Source of the DNA: Desulfosoma sp.
Lineage (GTDB): Bacteria > Desulfobacterota > Syntrophobacteria > Syntrophobacterales > DSM-9756
Length of the DNA: 64,000 bases
Direction: 5' to 3'
Assembly: GCA_037481835.1 (NCBI GenBank)
Contig: JBBFKW010000003.1
Coordinates: 96,001-160,000 of the forward strand
Shown here in pieces: positions 31,750 through 41,903 of the stretch. The translations under genes and the position numbers were made by a program. Position 1 is the first letter of the stretch. Every line of letters starts with the position of its first letter. The notes under the pieces were generated by a model. The model was not told the origin of the DNA and did not search any database. It saw nothing but the letters and a program-made list of their open reading frames with translations.

Positions 31750-31847
31750 GGGCTGTCGCCTCGCGTCGTTATGCCTTCTTTGAGCGTGGTTTGTCCGGGA
31801 ATCTTGGGGACGCTTCGGCCCCTTTTCCTCTTAGACGAACGGCCGCC

Positions 31848-32087
31848 TTATTGCAAGGGGCTGCCCTCTTTAAAGAATCGGATCCCCAAGCGCTCCCGTT
31901 CGCCGTGAAGGATATCCATCAGGTCCACTTCGCATCCCGGGGCGACGGCGATGCGCACCTGAGCCAGCTCAGGGTCTTCGGTACTCACAACGCCCAGTCC
32001 CTCGTAGGCTTCGATGATGGACGTGAGCAGGTGAATGCTTCGGGGATGGACCCACACTTGAACGACCGTGCACCGACTGGCATCCAT
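31848..32087 (-). CDS. DUF4911-like small protein
   Basis: IIEAYEGLGVVST.D motif. Confidence 0.7.
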   Translation of the reverse strand: MDASRCTVVQVWVHPRSIHLLTSIIEAYEGLGVVSTEDPELAQVRIAVAPGCEVDLMDILHGERERLGIRFFKEGSPLQ

Positions 32088-32285
32088 GGGACGGATATCC
32101 TTTAACTTTCGGCTTTGTTTTGCAAACGCCCTTATGATAGCAATGAAATCAAAGCGACGAAAAGGAATTGTGCGACGCGTGGAGGCCTCTTCGGCCGCCG
32201 CAGCGGCGTGAAGTCTCTACCGAAAAAAGTTTCGCTACAGGCGGCGCAAACGCACCTGCGGGTGCGCCCTCGGGGTGAAGGATCC

Positions 32286-33668
32286 ATGAGAGGAAGGTTC
32301 GGCGCACGATGCGCCTTCATTGTGGTCTGGACCGTTTTCAGCCTCCTGGCAACGGCCAAGCCAGGCGCGGCCCAAGGGGCGTCCCAGACTTTCGTGGCCC
32401 AAGGCACCGCCCCCCTTCAGCCGGCCAACCGGCCCCAGAGCCGATCCCAAGCCCTGGAGGATCTCCTTCGCCAGGCGGTTCTGCAGGCCTTGGGCACGTT
32501 TGTTCCCGGACAGGTGCTGGCTCAGAAAAACAAGGAAATCCGTAAAGACATTCTCGCCCAATCCGAGCGGTACGCGAAAAGCTTCAAGATCCTGGGGGAA
32601 TACGTGGACGGGGACTTGTACCGGATCCAGGGAGCGGTGGATGTGGCCATGGGGGCCCTGCGATCCGATGCGGAAAAGCTGGGCCTTACGCCGGCCGGCG
32701 CGGTGTCCCCGGGGGAAGCCCCTTCGGAGCCGAAGCCCCAGGAGTCGTCCTCCAAGGAAGAGCCCCAGCCGGAATCCTCCCCCAAGGCTCAGCCCCCCTC
32801 GGATCGCTCATCCCCTGAAGAAACTCCGGTAAAGCGGGTGCTGTGGGCTGTGGCCGAAAACTGGGACGGGTCCTGGCGTTTTCCCGCCGAAGAAAACGCA
32901 TGGGCTCAGGGGAGCTTAGGCGAATGGGCCGCGCAGGAAGCGGCGGACTACGGGTGGCGTTTGGACCTCCTTGCGGCGCCTGCGGCCCCGAAGGCGCCGC
33001 CGTGGGATGAGGAAAGTCAAAGACAGGTCATGGATCAGGCCCGCCGGCACGGGCAGTCCCACGTCGTTTTGGGAACCGCCCGGCGTTCCGGAAACGTTTT
33101 GGAACTTCGTCTGAAGCTGGTGGAAGCGGCTTCGGGCCGAGTCCTAAACGTTACGGAAGAACGCGTATCCACACCCGATGGGGATGTGAGCGACGGACTC
33201 ATCACCCTGGCCGCCGTGGCGGTTTCCAAGGTGGATGCGGCCCTTTCGGGCGCCGTGGTTTCATCGCCGACCCAACCCCAGCAGCGGCCCCAACCCCTGG
33301 AGCAGCCCCAGCCGTCCCAAGCGTCCGTGCCTTCCGGACCGCCATCGCCGCTTCCCAGCGGAGCATGGGAAATCGCCGTTAAGGGCGATGCGTCCTACGC
33401 GGCCTGGTTGTCCATGGAAAAGAAGCTTTTGCAAACGTCCAAGGAATTCACCGTGGATTCGGTGGTTTTGGAAACCGATGCCGTAGTGGTTCGGGCGAAA
33501 AATGTGGATCCCGACAAGGTCAAGGGGGTGGACGGGATGCGCGTCGGCCTCAATCTCGTGCTGCGGCTGGAAGGGATCGACCCGGCGGCTCGAAAGATCA
33601 CCATGACGGTCGCCCCGATGACGGCGGAGCCTGAAGTTCCCAAAGACCGTGAATCGAAAGCCCCATGA
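32286..33668 (+). CDS. exported hypothetical protein with Pro-rich linkers
   Basis: Signal peptide; A...AL...LRQAV N-terminal domain reminiscent of FlgT-N/DUF2066; two Pro/Ser/Gln-rich linkers. Confidence 0.7.
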   Translation: MRGRFGARCAFIVVWTVFSLLATAKPGAAQGASQTFVAQGTAPLQPANRPQSRSQALEDLLRQAVLQALGTFVPGQVLAQKNKEIRKDILAQSERYAKSFKILGEYVDGDLYRIQGAVDVAMGALRSDAEKLGLTPAGAVSPGEAPSEPKPQESSSKEEPQPESSPKAQPPSDRSSPEETPVKRVLWAVAENWDGSWRFPAEENAWAQGSLGEWAAQEAADYGWRLDLLAAPAAPKAPPWDEESQRQVMDQARRHGQSHVVLGTARRSGNVLELRLKLVEAASGRVLNVTEERVSTPDGDVSDGLITLAAVAVSKVDAALSGAVVSSPTQPQQRPQPLEQPQPSQASVPSGPPSPLPSGAWEIAVKGDASYAAWLSMEKKLLQTSKEFTVDSVVLETDAVVVRAKNVDPDKVKGVDGMRVGLNLVLRLEGIDPAARKITMTVAPMTAEPEVPKDRESKAP

Positions 33669-34222
33669 CCATCCCCAACATCCTCACACTCATCCGCATT
33701 CTGCTCACCCCGCTTCTGGTGTGGCTCCTGCTCAACGAAAAGCTCACGGCGGCCCTGGCGGTTTTTTTCCTTGCAGGGATCACCGACGGCTTGGACGGAT
33801 TCATCGCCCGCGTCTTTCATCAGAAGAGCCGCCTGGGCGCCTACCTGGATCCGCTGGCGGACAAGATCCTTCTCGTGAGCAGCTTCATCCTGTTGGGGCA
33901 CATGAATCTTTTGCCCAATGCCCTGGTGGTGGCCGCGGTCAGCCGGGACGTGCTGATCCTGACCGGGGTCATGACCCTGACCTTTTTCCAGGTGCCTCTG
34001 GAAATCCGCCCCAGCGTCCTGAGTAAGCTCACCACCTTGGCGCAGATCGTCACCGTCCTGGTGACCCTTTCGCACCCGCTGGCGTCGTGGGCGCCGTGGT
34101 TTCGCAAAAGCCTGTACGTCGTCACGGGGCTGCTTACCGTCGCCAGCGGTTTCCATTACACGATCCTGGGGTTTCGCATCTGGGAGCGGAACCGCCCCGT
34201 CGGCACCGACGGATCCTCGTGA
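33665..34222 (+). CDS. CDP-alcohol phosphatidyltransferase (PgsA-like)
   Basis: PNILTLIR and DGLDG.IAR...G..LDPLADK signature. Confidence 0.92.
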   Translation: MTIPNILTLIRILLTPLLVWLLLNEKLTAALAVFFLAGITDGLDGFIARVFHQKSRLGAYLDPLADKILLVSSFILLGHMNLLPNALVVAAVSRDVLILTGVMTLTFFQVPLEIRPSVLSKLTTLAQIVTVLVTLSHPLASWAPWFRKSLYVVTGLLTVASGFHYTILGFRIWERNRPVGTDGSS

Positions 34223-34249
34223 CGCCGAAGCGCCCGTGCAGCATTTCCC

Positions 34250-34279
34250 TTGACACGGCGGGGGCACATTGGCTATAGC
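34250..34279 (+). promoter_or_regulatory. sigma70-type promoter for the tRNA
   Basis: TTGACA (34250-34255), 18-nt spacer, TATAGC (34274-34279). Confidence 0.55.
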
Positions 34280-34293
34280 AGGTCCAACTTCGT

Positions 34294-34368
34294 AGGCACG
34301 TAGCTCAGTGGGAGAGCGCTACCTTGACGCGGTAGAAGTCGGCGGTTCAATCCCGCCCGTGCCTACCA
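34294..34368 (+). tRNA. tRNA-Val(GAC)
   Basis: Acceptor stem AGGCACG/CGTGCCT, anticodon arm CTACC-TTGACGC-GGTAG, GGTTCAATCC T-arm, encoded CCA. Confidence 0.96.
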
Positions 34369-34500
34369 TCCGACCCTCTAAGCAGGGTCCGCGGCATTGT
34401 CACAGAGCACAGGCACCGAAGGATGGTTTAAGGCTCGCGGGTGAAACATCACGCGGTACGGATTCTTCCTTCCAGCGCCCAGACAGGTTGAATCGAGTGC

Positions 34501-34539
34501 AAGCATCAGATCCGTCTCGAGGCGGCTGATGCTTTTTTT
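34501..34539 (+). terminator. intrinsic terminator between tRNA-Val and thrS
   Basis: AAGCATCAG...CTGATGCTT stem followed by a T tract. Confidence 0.75.
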
Positions 34540-34600
34540 ATGAAATGCGGCGGCTGTTGTGCCGTGACGGTGCCGCCGAGAAAAGGGGACGAAAGACATC

Positions 34601-36547
34601 ATGGCGGAACAATCGGAGCATGTTCGTGTGACGCTGTCGGACGGGTCGTCCGTGGAGGTGCCCAAGGGGGCGACCGTGGCGGACGCCTTGGAGGCGTGGA
34701 AAAAATCCAAGAACGGGTGGGTGGCCGCCCGCCTGAACGGCCGACTGCTGGATCTCACCTCGCCCATTGAGGACGGCGGCACGTTGGAGCCGCTTTCGCC
34801 GGAAAGCCCCGAGGGCCTGGAAATCCTTCGGCACAGCACGTCTCACATCATGGCCCAAGCCGTCCAAGAACTGTTTCCGGGAACCAAGATCGCCATCGGG
34901 CCCGCCATCGAGAACGGCTTTTACTACGACTTCGACATGGCCCAGCCCTTCAGCCCCGAGGACCTGGAAAAGATAGAAGCCAAAATGGCTGAAATCATCG
35001 AGGCCAAGCTTCCATTCCGGCGCGAGGAATGGGAGCGGGAAAAGGCCGTCGCCCTGTTCCGGGAGCGGGGGGAAAAATACAAGGTGGAGCTTCTGGAAGA
35101 AATCCAGGAGCCCACGGTGTCCGTGTACCGGCAGGGGAACTTCGTGGACCTGTGCCGGGGCCCGCACATCCCCCACACGGGCTACGTCAAGGCCTACAAG
35201 TTGCTCTCCCTCGCCGGGGCCTATTGGCGAGGGGACGAACGCAACCCCATGCTCCAGCGCATCTACGGCACCGTCTTTCCCGACAAGAAGGCCTTGAAGA
35301 AGTATCTGGACTTTCTGGCGGAAGCCCAGCGGCGCGATCACCGGAGGCTGGGGCGGGAATTGGATCTTTTCAGCTTTTCCGATGAAGTGGGCGCCGGCAT
35401 GGTGATTTACCACCCGAAGGGGGCCTTGCTGCGCCACATCTTGGAAACCTTCGAAAAGAAAGAGCACCTGCGTCGAGGCTACCAGATCGTCATGGGGCCC
35501 ACACTGTTGAAAACGGAGTTGTGGAAGCGCTCGGGCCACTTCGACAACTACCGCGAAAACATGTACTTTACCGAAATCGAAGGGCAGTCCTACGGGATCA
35601 AACCCATGAACTGCCTCTCCCATATGCTCATCTACAAGTCCAAGGTGCGCAGCTACCGCGACCTGCCCATCCGGTATTTCGAACTGGGCACGGTGCACCG
35701 CCACGAAAAATCCGGGGTGCTCCACGGCCTGCTGCGCGTGCGCCAGTTCACCCAGGACGACGCCCACATCCTGTGCACGCCCGATCAGCTCCATGGCGAA
35801 ATCCAGGGCATCGTGGACTTCGTCATCGAAATCATGGGGCTTTTCGGTTTTTCCTACGAGATGGAAATCAGCACCCGGCCGGAAAAATCCATCGGGACCG
35901 ACGAAGACTGGGAACGGGCGACCAAGGCCCTCATGGCCGCGCTGGAAGACAAGGGCATCCCGTACCACATTTGCGAAGGCGAGGGCGCCTTCTACGGGCC
36001 CAAGATCGATGTGAAGCTTCGGGACGCTTTGGACCGCAAATGGCAATGCGCGACGATCCAATGCGACTTCACCCTGCCTGAGCGCTTCGATCTCACCTAC
36101 GTGGGCCCGGACGGCAACCGGCACCGTCCCGTCATGCTGCACCGCGTGATCCTGGGAGCCATCGAGCGATTCTTGGGGGTGCTCATTGAACACTACGCCG
36201 GGGCGTTCCCCACGTGGCTTGCGCCCGTTCAGGCCGTGATCGTCACCGTGACGGACAAACAACTGCCTTTCGCGCGTGAGGTCTACCGGCGGTTGCAGGA
36301 TGCGGGGGTCCGTGTGGACATCGACGAACGGAACGAAAAGTTGGGCTTCAAGATTCGGGAAGCCCAGATGCAGAAGATTCCTTACATGCTGGTCATCGGG
36401 GACACCGAGGTGGAAGCCGGGGCGGTGCGGCCGAGGCAAAGGGACGGCCGACAGCTGGATCTCATGAGCCCCGAAGCGTTCATCGAGCTCATCCGGGCGG
36501 AATGCCTGGAGGGCTCCGGAGGCCGCATCGGGTTGGGCGCGGTGTGA
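34601..36547 (+). CDS. thrS: threonine--tRNA ligase
   Basis: TGS domain, [27 protein letters not shown] and HRVILG motifs. Confidence 0.97.
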   Translation: MAEQSEHVRVTLSDGSSVEVPKGATVADALEAWKKSKNGWVAARLNGRLLDLTSPIEDGGTLEPLSPESPEGLEILRHSTSHIMAQAVQELFPGTKIAIGPAIENGFYYDFDMAQPFSPEDLEKIEAKMAEIIEAKLPFRREEWEREKAVALFRERGEKYKVELLEEIQEPTVSVYRQGNFVDLCRGPHIPHTGYVKAYKLLSLAGAYWRGDERNPMLQRIYGTVFPDKKALKKYLDFLAEAQRRDHRRLGRELDLFSFSDEVGAGMVIYHPKGALLRHILETFEKKEHLRRGYQIVMGPTLLKTELWKRSGHFDNYRENMYFTEIEGQSYGIKPMNCLSHMLIYKSKVRSYRDLPIRYFELGTVHRHEKSGVLHGLLRVRQFTQDDAHILCTPDQLHGEIQGIVDFVIEIMGLFGFSYEMEISTRPEKSIGTDEDWERATKALMAALEDKGIPYHICEGEGAFYGPKIDVKLRDALDRKWQCATIQCDFTLPERFDLTYVGPDGNRHRPVMLHRVILGAIERFLGVLIEHYAGAFPTWLAPVQAVIVTVTDKQLPFAREVYRRLQDAGVRVDIDERNEKLGFKIREAQMQKIPYMLVIGDTEVEAGAVRPRQRDGRQLDLMSPEAFIELIRAECLEGSGGRIGLGAV

Positions 36548-36597
36548 TCGGGACGCCGTTTTTGTTCACGAACCTCGAACGAAGGGAGGACCGGACT

Positions 36598-37110
36598 CTG
36601 AAAAAGGAACAAGAAAACGTCAATGAAAAGATCCGCGCCCGACAGGTGCGCGTCATCGGCGCCGACGGGAGCCAGCTGGGGATCATGTCTTTGCAGGACG
36701 CCTTGGACGCGGCTCGGGAAGAGGGCCTCGACCTGGTGGAAGTGGCGCCCAACGCGGATCCGCCCGTCTGCAAGATCATGGATTACGGCAAGTTCCGATA
36801 CCAGCAGAGCAAGCGCTCCCAGGAAGCCAAGAAAAAACAAACCGTCATCCAAGTCAAAGAAGTCAAGCTGCGGCCCAAAACCGACGAACACGACATTCAG
36901 ACCAAGTTGCGCCACATCCGCCGGTTCCTCGCCCAGAAGGACAAGGCCAAGGTCACCGTTATCTTTCGCGGTCGCGAAATCGCTTTCAAAGACCGAGGAG
37001 AAATGGTCCTCCAAAAGGTCTTGGAGGAGCTGAAGGACGAGGTGGTGGTGGAAATGCCGCCCAAGATGGAAGGGCGCAACCTGGTGATGATCCTGGCGCC
37101 CAAGTCGTAA
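36598..37110 (+). CDS. infC: translation initiation factor IF-3 (probable CUG start)
   Basis: NEKI...VRVI, LDLVEV, PPVCKIMDYGK and VKEVKLRP motifs. GGGAGG RBS is 8 nt before the in-frame CTG at 36598. Confidence 0.93.
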   Translation: MKKEQENVNEKIRARQVRVIGADGSQLGIMSLQDALDAAREEGLDLVEVAPNADPPVCKIMDYGKFRYQQSKRSQEAKKKQTVIQVKEVKLRPKTDEHDIQTKLRHIRRFLAQKDKAKVTVIFRGREIAFKDRGEMVLQKVLEELKDEVVVEMPPKMEGRNLVMILAPKS

Positions 37111-37155
37111 AGCCGAAAGAGCCCTTACGGGGTAGGGCGTTTTCCGACAAAACGC

Positions 37156-37184
37156 TTGACACCTCTTGGGTCTGTCAATAGATT
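37156..37184 (+). promoter_or_regulatory. sigma70-type promoter for rpmI-rplT
   Basis: TTGACA, 17-nt spacer, TAGATT. Confidence 0.65.
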
Positions 37185-37280
37185 ACACGCTTCGATCGCC
37201 GGGACGCCCGGTGGAGGCTGCCGTGCGCCGACCGCCGGGGCGTCGATGAGCCAACGGATGCTGGAATTGCGGAGGAATTC

Positions 37281-37478
37281 ATGCCGAAATTGAAAACCAA
37301 ACGGGGAGCCGCCAAGCGTTTCCATCGCACGGGCGGCGGTCTTTTTGCGCGGGCCAAGGCGGGCAAGAGCCACATCCTGACCAAGAAGAGCGCCAAGAGA
37401 AAACGCGCCCTGCGCCAGCCCGCCCTTGTGGATGCGGCCAACTTCAGGGCCGTCTCGCGCATGCTTCCTTATGCGTAA
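37281..37478 (+). CDS. rpmI: 50S ribosomal protein L35
   Basis: [14 protein letters not shown]...HILTKK sequence. Confidence 0.97.
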   Translation: MPKLKTKRGAAKRFHRTGGGLFARAKAGKSHILTKKSAKRKRALRQPALVDAANFRAVSRMLPYA

Positions 37479-37528
37479 GAAACGCCGGAACCCGGCGCGC
37501 ATGACAAGACAGTGAAGGAGCCGTAACC

Positions 37529-37882
37529 ATGCCTCGAGTGAAAAAAGCGGTGAAGTCGCGCCAGCGGCGCAAGAAGATCCTGAATATGGCCAAGGGGTAC
37601 CGGGGGGGGCGGAGCAAGCTGTTGCGCACGGCCAAGGAAACGGTCCAGAGGGCCTTGGTCTACGCCTACAGGGACCGGAAGGTGCGCAAGCGCGACTTCC
37701 GAAGTCTTTGGATTATGCGCATCAATGCCGCCGCCCGTCGGCACGGCATGAGCTACGGCCGTTTCATGGACGGCCTCAAAAAGGCCCAGGTGACACTCGA
37801 CCGCAAAGTTTTGGCTGGTCTTGCGGTCCATGATCCCGACGTTTTCGCCAAGCTCGTTGCCTTGGCCAAAGAAGCCGCATAG
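37529..37882 (+). CDS. rplT: 50S ribosomal protein L20
   Basis: MPRVK, AKGYRG and [13 protein letters not shown] motifs. Confidence 0.97.
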   Translation: MPRVKKAVKSRQRRKKILNMAKGYRGGRSKLLRTAKETVQRALVYAYRDRKVRKRDFRSLWIMRINAAARRHGMSYGRFMDGLKKAQVTLDRKVLAGLAVHDPDVFAKLVALAKEAA

Positions 37883-37887
37883 AAACC

Positions 37888-38901
37888 ATGATGGAAGAGG
37901 CAGCTCGCGCGTTACTCGCCCAGGCGGAACAGGCCGTGGCCGACGCCGGTTCGGACCTCAAGGCCCTGGAAACGCTCCGCGTCCGATTCTTGGGACGCAA
38001 AGGGGAACTCACGGCCCTCTTTAAGGCCCTGGGGCAGGTGGACGCCGAAAGGCGCCCCGCCGTGGGAAAAGTTCTCAACGACGTCAAGATCCGCCTGGAA
38101 GCCCTGTTGGACCACGCCGTTCAAAGGGCCAAGGAGCAGGCGAGTCGGGACGGCGACCGTCTGGATGTGACCGCGCCCGGGCGGCGCCCCATGCGCGGCC
38201 GTCTCCATCCCATCACCCAGACCGCCATGGAAATCGCCGCCATTTTCAATCGGCTGGGTTTCGAAACCGTGGAAGGCCCCGAGGTCGAGCTGGACTATTA
38301 CAATTTCGAAGCGCTGAACATTCCCAAGGACCATCCCGCTCGGGACATGCAAGACACGTTTTACGTGTCGGATGAGGTGGTCTTGCGCACCCACACGTCC
38401 CCGTTGCAGGTGCGCACCATGGAGCGCAAGAAGCCGCCCATCAAAGTCATCGCTCCCGGCAAGGCCTATCGGTGCGATTCGGACGTCACCCATTCGCCCA
38501 TGTTTCATCAAGTGGAAGGCCTCATGGTGGGCCGCGGCGTCTCCTTCGGCGACCTGAAGGGGGTCCTGACCGTCTTCGTCCATCAAATGTTCGGCCCCGA
38601 CGTGGGCCTGCGATTTCGGCCGAGCTTCTTTCCCTTTACGGAACCCAGCGCCGAAGTGGACATCCAATGCGTCATCTGCAAAGGGTCCGGCTGCCGGGTA
38701 TGTTCCCAGAGCGGCTGGTTGGAAATCCTAGGGTCGGGCATGGTGGACCCGGAAGTCTTTAAAATGGTGGGCTACGATCCCGAGGAGGTGACCGGGTTCG
38801 CCTTCGGCATGGGCATCGAACGCATCGCCATGCTCAAATACGGCATCAACGACCTCAGGCTTTTTTTCGAAAACGATCTTCGGTTTCTGCGTCAGTTTTG
38901 A
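37888..38901 (+). CDS. pheS: phenylalanine--tRNA ligase alpha subunit
   Basis: [23 protein letters not shown] and [10 protein letters not shown] motifs. Confidence 0.97.
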   Translation: MMEEAARALLAQAEQAVADAGSDLKALETLRVRFLGRKGELTALFKALGQVDAERRPAVGKVLNDVKIRLEALLDHAVQRAKEQASRDGDRLDVTAPGRRPMRGRLHPITQTAMEIAAIFNRLGFETVEGPEVELDYYNFEALNIPKDHPARDMQDTFYVSDEVVLRTHTSPLQVRTMERKKPPIKVIAPGKAYRCDSDVTHSPMFHQVEGLMVGRGVSFGDLKGVLTVFVHQMFGPDVGLRFRPSFFPFTEPSAEVDIQCVICKGSGCRVCSQSGWLEILGSGMVDPEVFKMVGYDPEEVTGFAFGMGIERIAMLKYGINDLRLFFENDLRFLRQF

Positions 38902-38939
38902 GTCGACGACCGACGAAGACAGGGCGGCGGGGGGCTGAG

Positions 38940-38972
38940 GGCAAAGGGCACGACATGGTCGTGCCCTTTGCC
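38940..38972. repeat. perfect 15-bp-stem hairpin between pheS and pheT
   Basis: GGCAAAGGGCACGAC-ATG-GTCGTGCCCTTTGCC; no U-tract follows. Confidence 0.7.
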
Positions 38973-39024
38973 GTAAGAAAGCCCGGGCGCATCGCCCGCG
39001 GAGGCTCGTGAGAGGGGAAAATCC

Positions 39025-41436
39025 ATGATTGTCAGCGGTGCGTGGCTTCGCGATTACGTGACCCTCACCATGGACATGGAACAGCTGGCCGAACGGCTCA
39101 CCATGGTCGGGCTGGAAGTGGAAGCCGTGGAAAAGCCGTACGCGTATCTGAATACGGTCGTCGTGGGCCGCATCACGGCCGTGGAGGCGCATCCCAAGGC
39201 CGATAAGCTCAAAATCTGCCGCGTGGACGACGGCCGAAAGGAACGGCGTATCGTCTGCGGGGCGCCCAATGCAGCGGTGGGACAACGGGTCCCGTTGGCT
39301 CTGCCGGGAACGGTCCTGCCGTCGGGCATGAGGCTCGAGGAAGTCGCCATTCGGGGCGAGCTGTCCCAGGGCATGCTGTGCTCCCAAAAGGAACTGAACC
39401 TGGGAGAGGACGCCTCCGGCCTGTGGGTGCTTCCCGAAGACGCCCCTGTGGGAACCCCCCTCGCCCAATACCTTGAATTGGATGACATCCGCCTGGACGT
39501 GTCCGTCACCCCCAACCGGGGCGACTGCCTGTCCATGGTGGGCATGGCTCGGGAAGCTGCGGCCATCTGCGGCACTTCCGTGCGCTATCCCGTCGTCACC
39601 GTGGAAGAAACCGGCCCGCCCATTGAATCCCTCGCCTCCGTGACCCTCGAAGACCCGGTGGGCTGCCCGCGCTACGCCGCACGACTCATCCAAGGGGTGC
39701 GCATCGGGCCGTCTCCCGATTGGATGAAACGGCGCCTGGAATCGGCCGGCATCCGCTCCATCAACAACGTCGTCGATGTGACCAATTACGTCCTCCTGGA
39801 ACTGGGACAGCCCCTGCACGCCTTCGACTACGATCGGCTGCGGGAAGGACGCATCGTGGTGCGCCGGGCCGTCTCGGGGGAACGTTTCACGACGCTGGAC
39901 GGTGTGGAACGCACCCTTTTCGACGATACCCTCCTCATCTGCGACGGCAAAGGGCCCGTGGCCATCGCCGGCATCATGGGCGGTTTGGAATCGGAAATCA
40001 CGCCGAGCACCACGCGGGTGCTCATCGAAAGCGCCTATTTCCAACCCGAGGGCATCCGAAGAAGCAGCCGAAAACTGGGGTTGAGGACGGAGTCCAGCTA
40101 CCGGTTCGAACGGGGCGTGGACCCCGAAGGGGTGTTGAGGGCGGCCGATCGAGCGGCCCAACTCATGCTGGAACTGGCCGGAGGATCCATCGCCCAAGGC
40201 CGGATCGACGCCTATCCCGTGCCCATAACCCGGCCGACCATCACGCTCCGGGTGCCCATCGTGAACCGGTTCCTGGGCATGGATCTCAGGTCCGACGCCA
40301 TGGCCCGCGTGCTCGCCTCCTTGGAAATGGACGTGGAGATCGTGGATGGCGACACCCTTCGGGTGACGCCGCCGTCTTTTCGACCCGACATCACCCGGGA
40401 AGTGGACTTGGCCGAAGAAGTGGCCCGCCTCACAGGCTATGACAAGGTCCCGGTCACCCACGCCCATGTTCCCCTTTACAGCGATCCCGTGGACCCGCAC
40501 GCGGCGGCACGGCAGGAACTGAAACGGGTGTTGGAAGCCGTGGGATTCTATGAAGTCCTGACCTATTCGTTCACCTCCGAAAAGGCCTTGAGATCCCTTC
40601 GGCTGCCCGAAGACGATCCCCGAGTGCAGCCGGTTCGGTTGCTCAACCCGTTGAGCGAAGAGCAGGCGGTGATGCGCACGTCCCTTCTGCCCGGCCTTTT
40701 GCAGACGGCGCGCCTCAACCTGGATCGGGGGAACGCCGATCTTCGCCTCTTTGAATTGAGCAAAGTCTTCCTCCCTCGAGCAGGGGAGCTGCTGCCTCGG
40801 GAAGACCATCACCTGGCGGGCATATTGGCGGGACGGCGGGACCCCCGTGCCGTCTACGGGTCCGAAGATCCCGTGGATTATTCGGACGTCAAGGGCGTGG
40901 TGGAAGAAATCCTTGCGGCCTGCCGGCTGGACGAATCCCAAGTGCGGTTTTCCCCGGACGCGCTGCCGGTCTATTGCGATCCGCGCTGCGGCGCAACCCT
41001 GTGGATCAAGGACACCCTCACGGGTTCCCTCGGGCGCATCCACCCCGATGTGCAGGAGGCGTTCGATCTGAAACGGGAAGTCCATTATTTCGAGCTGGAT
41101 TTCGAGAAGTTGTTTGCCTTGCGAAACCCCCATCCGGGTTTCGTGCCCCTGCCCAAGTTCCCCTCGGTGACGAGGGATATGGCTTTGATTGTGGACGCAA
41201 ACCTTCCGGTGGCGGACCCGCTGGCCTTCATTCGCTCCCTCAACGAACCCTTAATGGAATCGGTGGCCGTCTTCGATCTCTACCGCGGAAAACCTCTCGC
41301 CGATGACCAAAAAGGCGTGGGCTACCGCATCGTCTATCGTGCGGCGGACCGGAACCTGACCGATGAGGAAGTCAACGCCCTGCACAAGCGCATCACGGAG
41401 CGGGTGCTGGAGGCGTTCGGGGCGACCTTGCGTTAA
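39025..41436 (+). CDS. pheT: phenylalanine--tRNA ligase beta subunit
   Basis: HPKADKL, IVCGAPN, TPNRGDC, RFERGVD motifs and a C-terminal FDX-ACB domain. Confidence 0.97.
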   Translation: MIVSGAWLRDYVTLTMDMEQLAERLTMVGLEVEAVEKPYAYLNTVVVGRITAVEAHPKADKLKICRVDDGRKERRIVCGAPNAAVGQRVPLALPGTVLPSGMRLEEVAIRGELSQGMLCSQKELNLGEDASGLWVLPEDAPVGTPLAQYLELDDIRLDVSVTPNRGDCLSMVGMAREAAAICGTSVRYPVVTVEETGPPIESLASVTLEDPVGCPRYAARLIQGVRIGPSPDWMKRRLESAGIRSINNVVDVTNYVLLELGQPLHAFDYDRLREGRIVVRRAVSGERFTTLDGVERTLFDDTLLICDGKGPVAIAGIMGGLESEITPSTTRVLIESAYFQPEGIRRSSRKLGLRTESSYRFERGVDPEGVLRAADRAAQLMLELAGGSIAQGRIDAYPVPITRPTITLRVPIVNRFLGMDLRSDAMARVLASLEMDVEIVDGDTLRVTPPSFRPDITREVDLAEEVARLTGYDKVPVTHAHVPLYSDPVDPHAAARQELKRVLEAVGFYEVLTYSFTSEKALRSLRLPEDDPRVQPVRLLNPLSEEQAVMRTSLLPGLLQTARLNLDRGNADLRLFELSKVFLPRAGELLPREDHHLAGILAGRRDPRAVYGSEDPVDYSDVKGVVEEILAACRLDESQVRFSPDALPVYCDPRCGATLWIKDTLTGSLGRIHPDVQEAFDLKREVHYFELDFEKLFALRNPHPGFVPLPKFPSVTRDMALIVDANLPVADPLAFIRSLNEPLMESVAVFDLYRGKPLADDQKGVGYRIVYRAADRNLTDEEVNALHKRITERVLEAFGATLR

Positions 41437-41471
41437 GGGCGAAGAGGACTTCGGTGGAGGGCGCTTCGGTG

Positions 41472-41852
41472 ATGTTTGGCAACGGCGTCGTGAACGACAA
41501 AGGGGAAGAGGATCGGCCCAAGCCGTGCCAAGTGACCTTCGTCCATGAATCCCGCAAGGGCATGGGGCGGTCGGTCCATTTCAATGAAATAGGGATGCTG
41601 GTGCTCTGCCGGGACCCGGCGCCGCTCCAGGCGCGGCTTCAGATGAGCCTCCATTTTCCCGGGTTGAAAAACCCCATTGACGTGGAGGGGGAGGTGGTGT
41701 GGTCCAACCAGTACGGCCCGGACGACCCCATGACGCCGCGAGGCATGGGCGTGAAGTTCACCGATCTGGATCCCTCCACGGCCCGGCTCCTTGCCGATTT
41801 TTCCCTTCGCTACAGAGTCTACGGCACCCAGTACGAACTTTTCTATTCCTGA
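41472..41852 (+). CDS. PilZ-like domain protein
   Basis: GEVVW...GMGVKF C-terminal PilZ strands; RxxxR motif absent. Confidence 0.7.
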   Translation: MFGNGVVNDKGEEDRPKPCQVTFVHESRKGMGRSVHFNEIGMLVLCRDPAPLQARLQMSLHFPGLKNPIDVEGEVVWSNQYGPDDPMTPRGMGVKFTDLDPSTARLLADFSLRYRVYGTQYELFYS

Positions 41853-41903
41853 GGTTCCGCCGACCGACCACCGGCGCGCGCGGCCCCTGACCGACGATTT
41901 CCC

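Noticed and set aside
34340..34368. tRNA-Val as an integration site
   Set aside because: I saw no duplicated tRNA 3' end, integrase or compositional shift; housekeeping genes flank it.
34380..34540. T-box leader for thrS
   Set aside because: No GGTGG.ACC.CG T-box sequence or specifier stem is recognisable; GGGTGAAACATCACGCG is only superficially similar.
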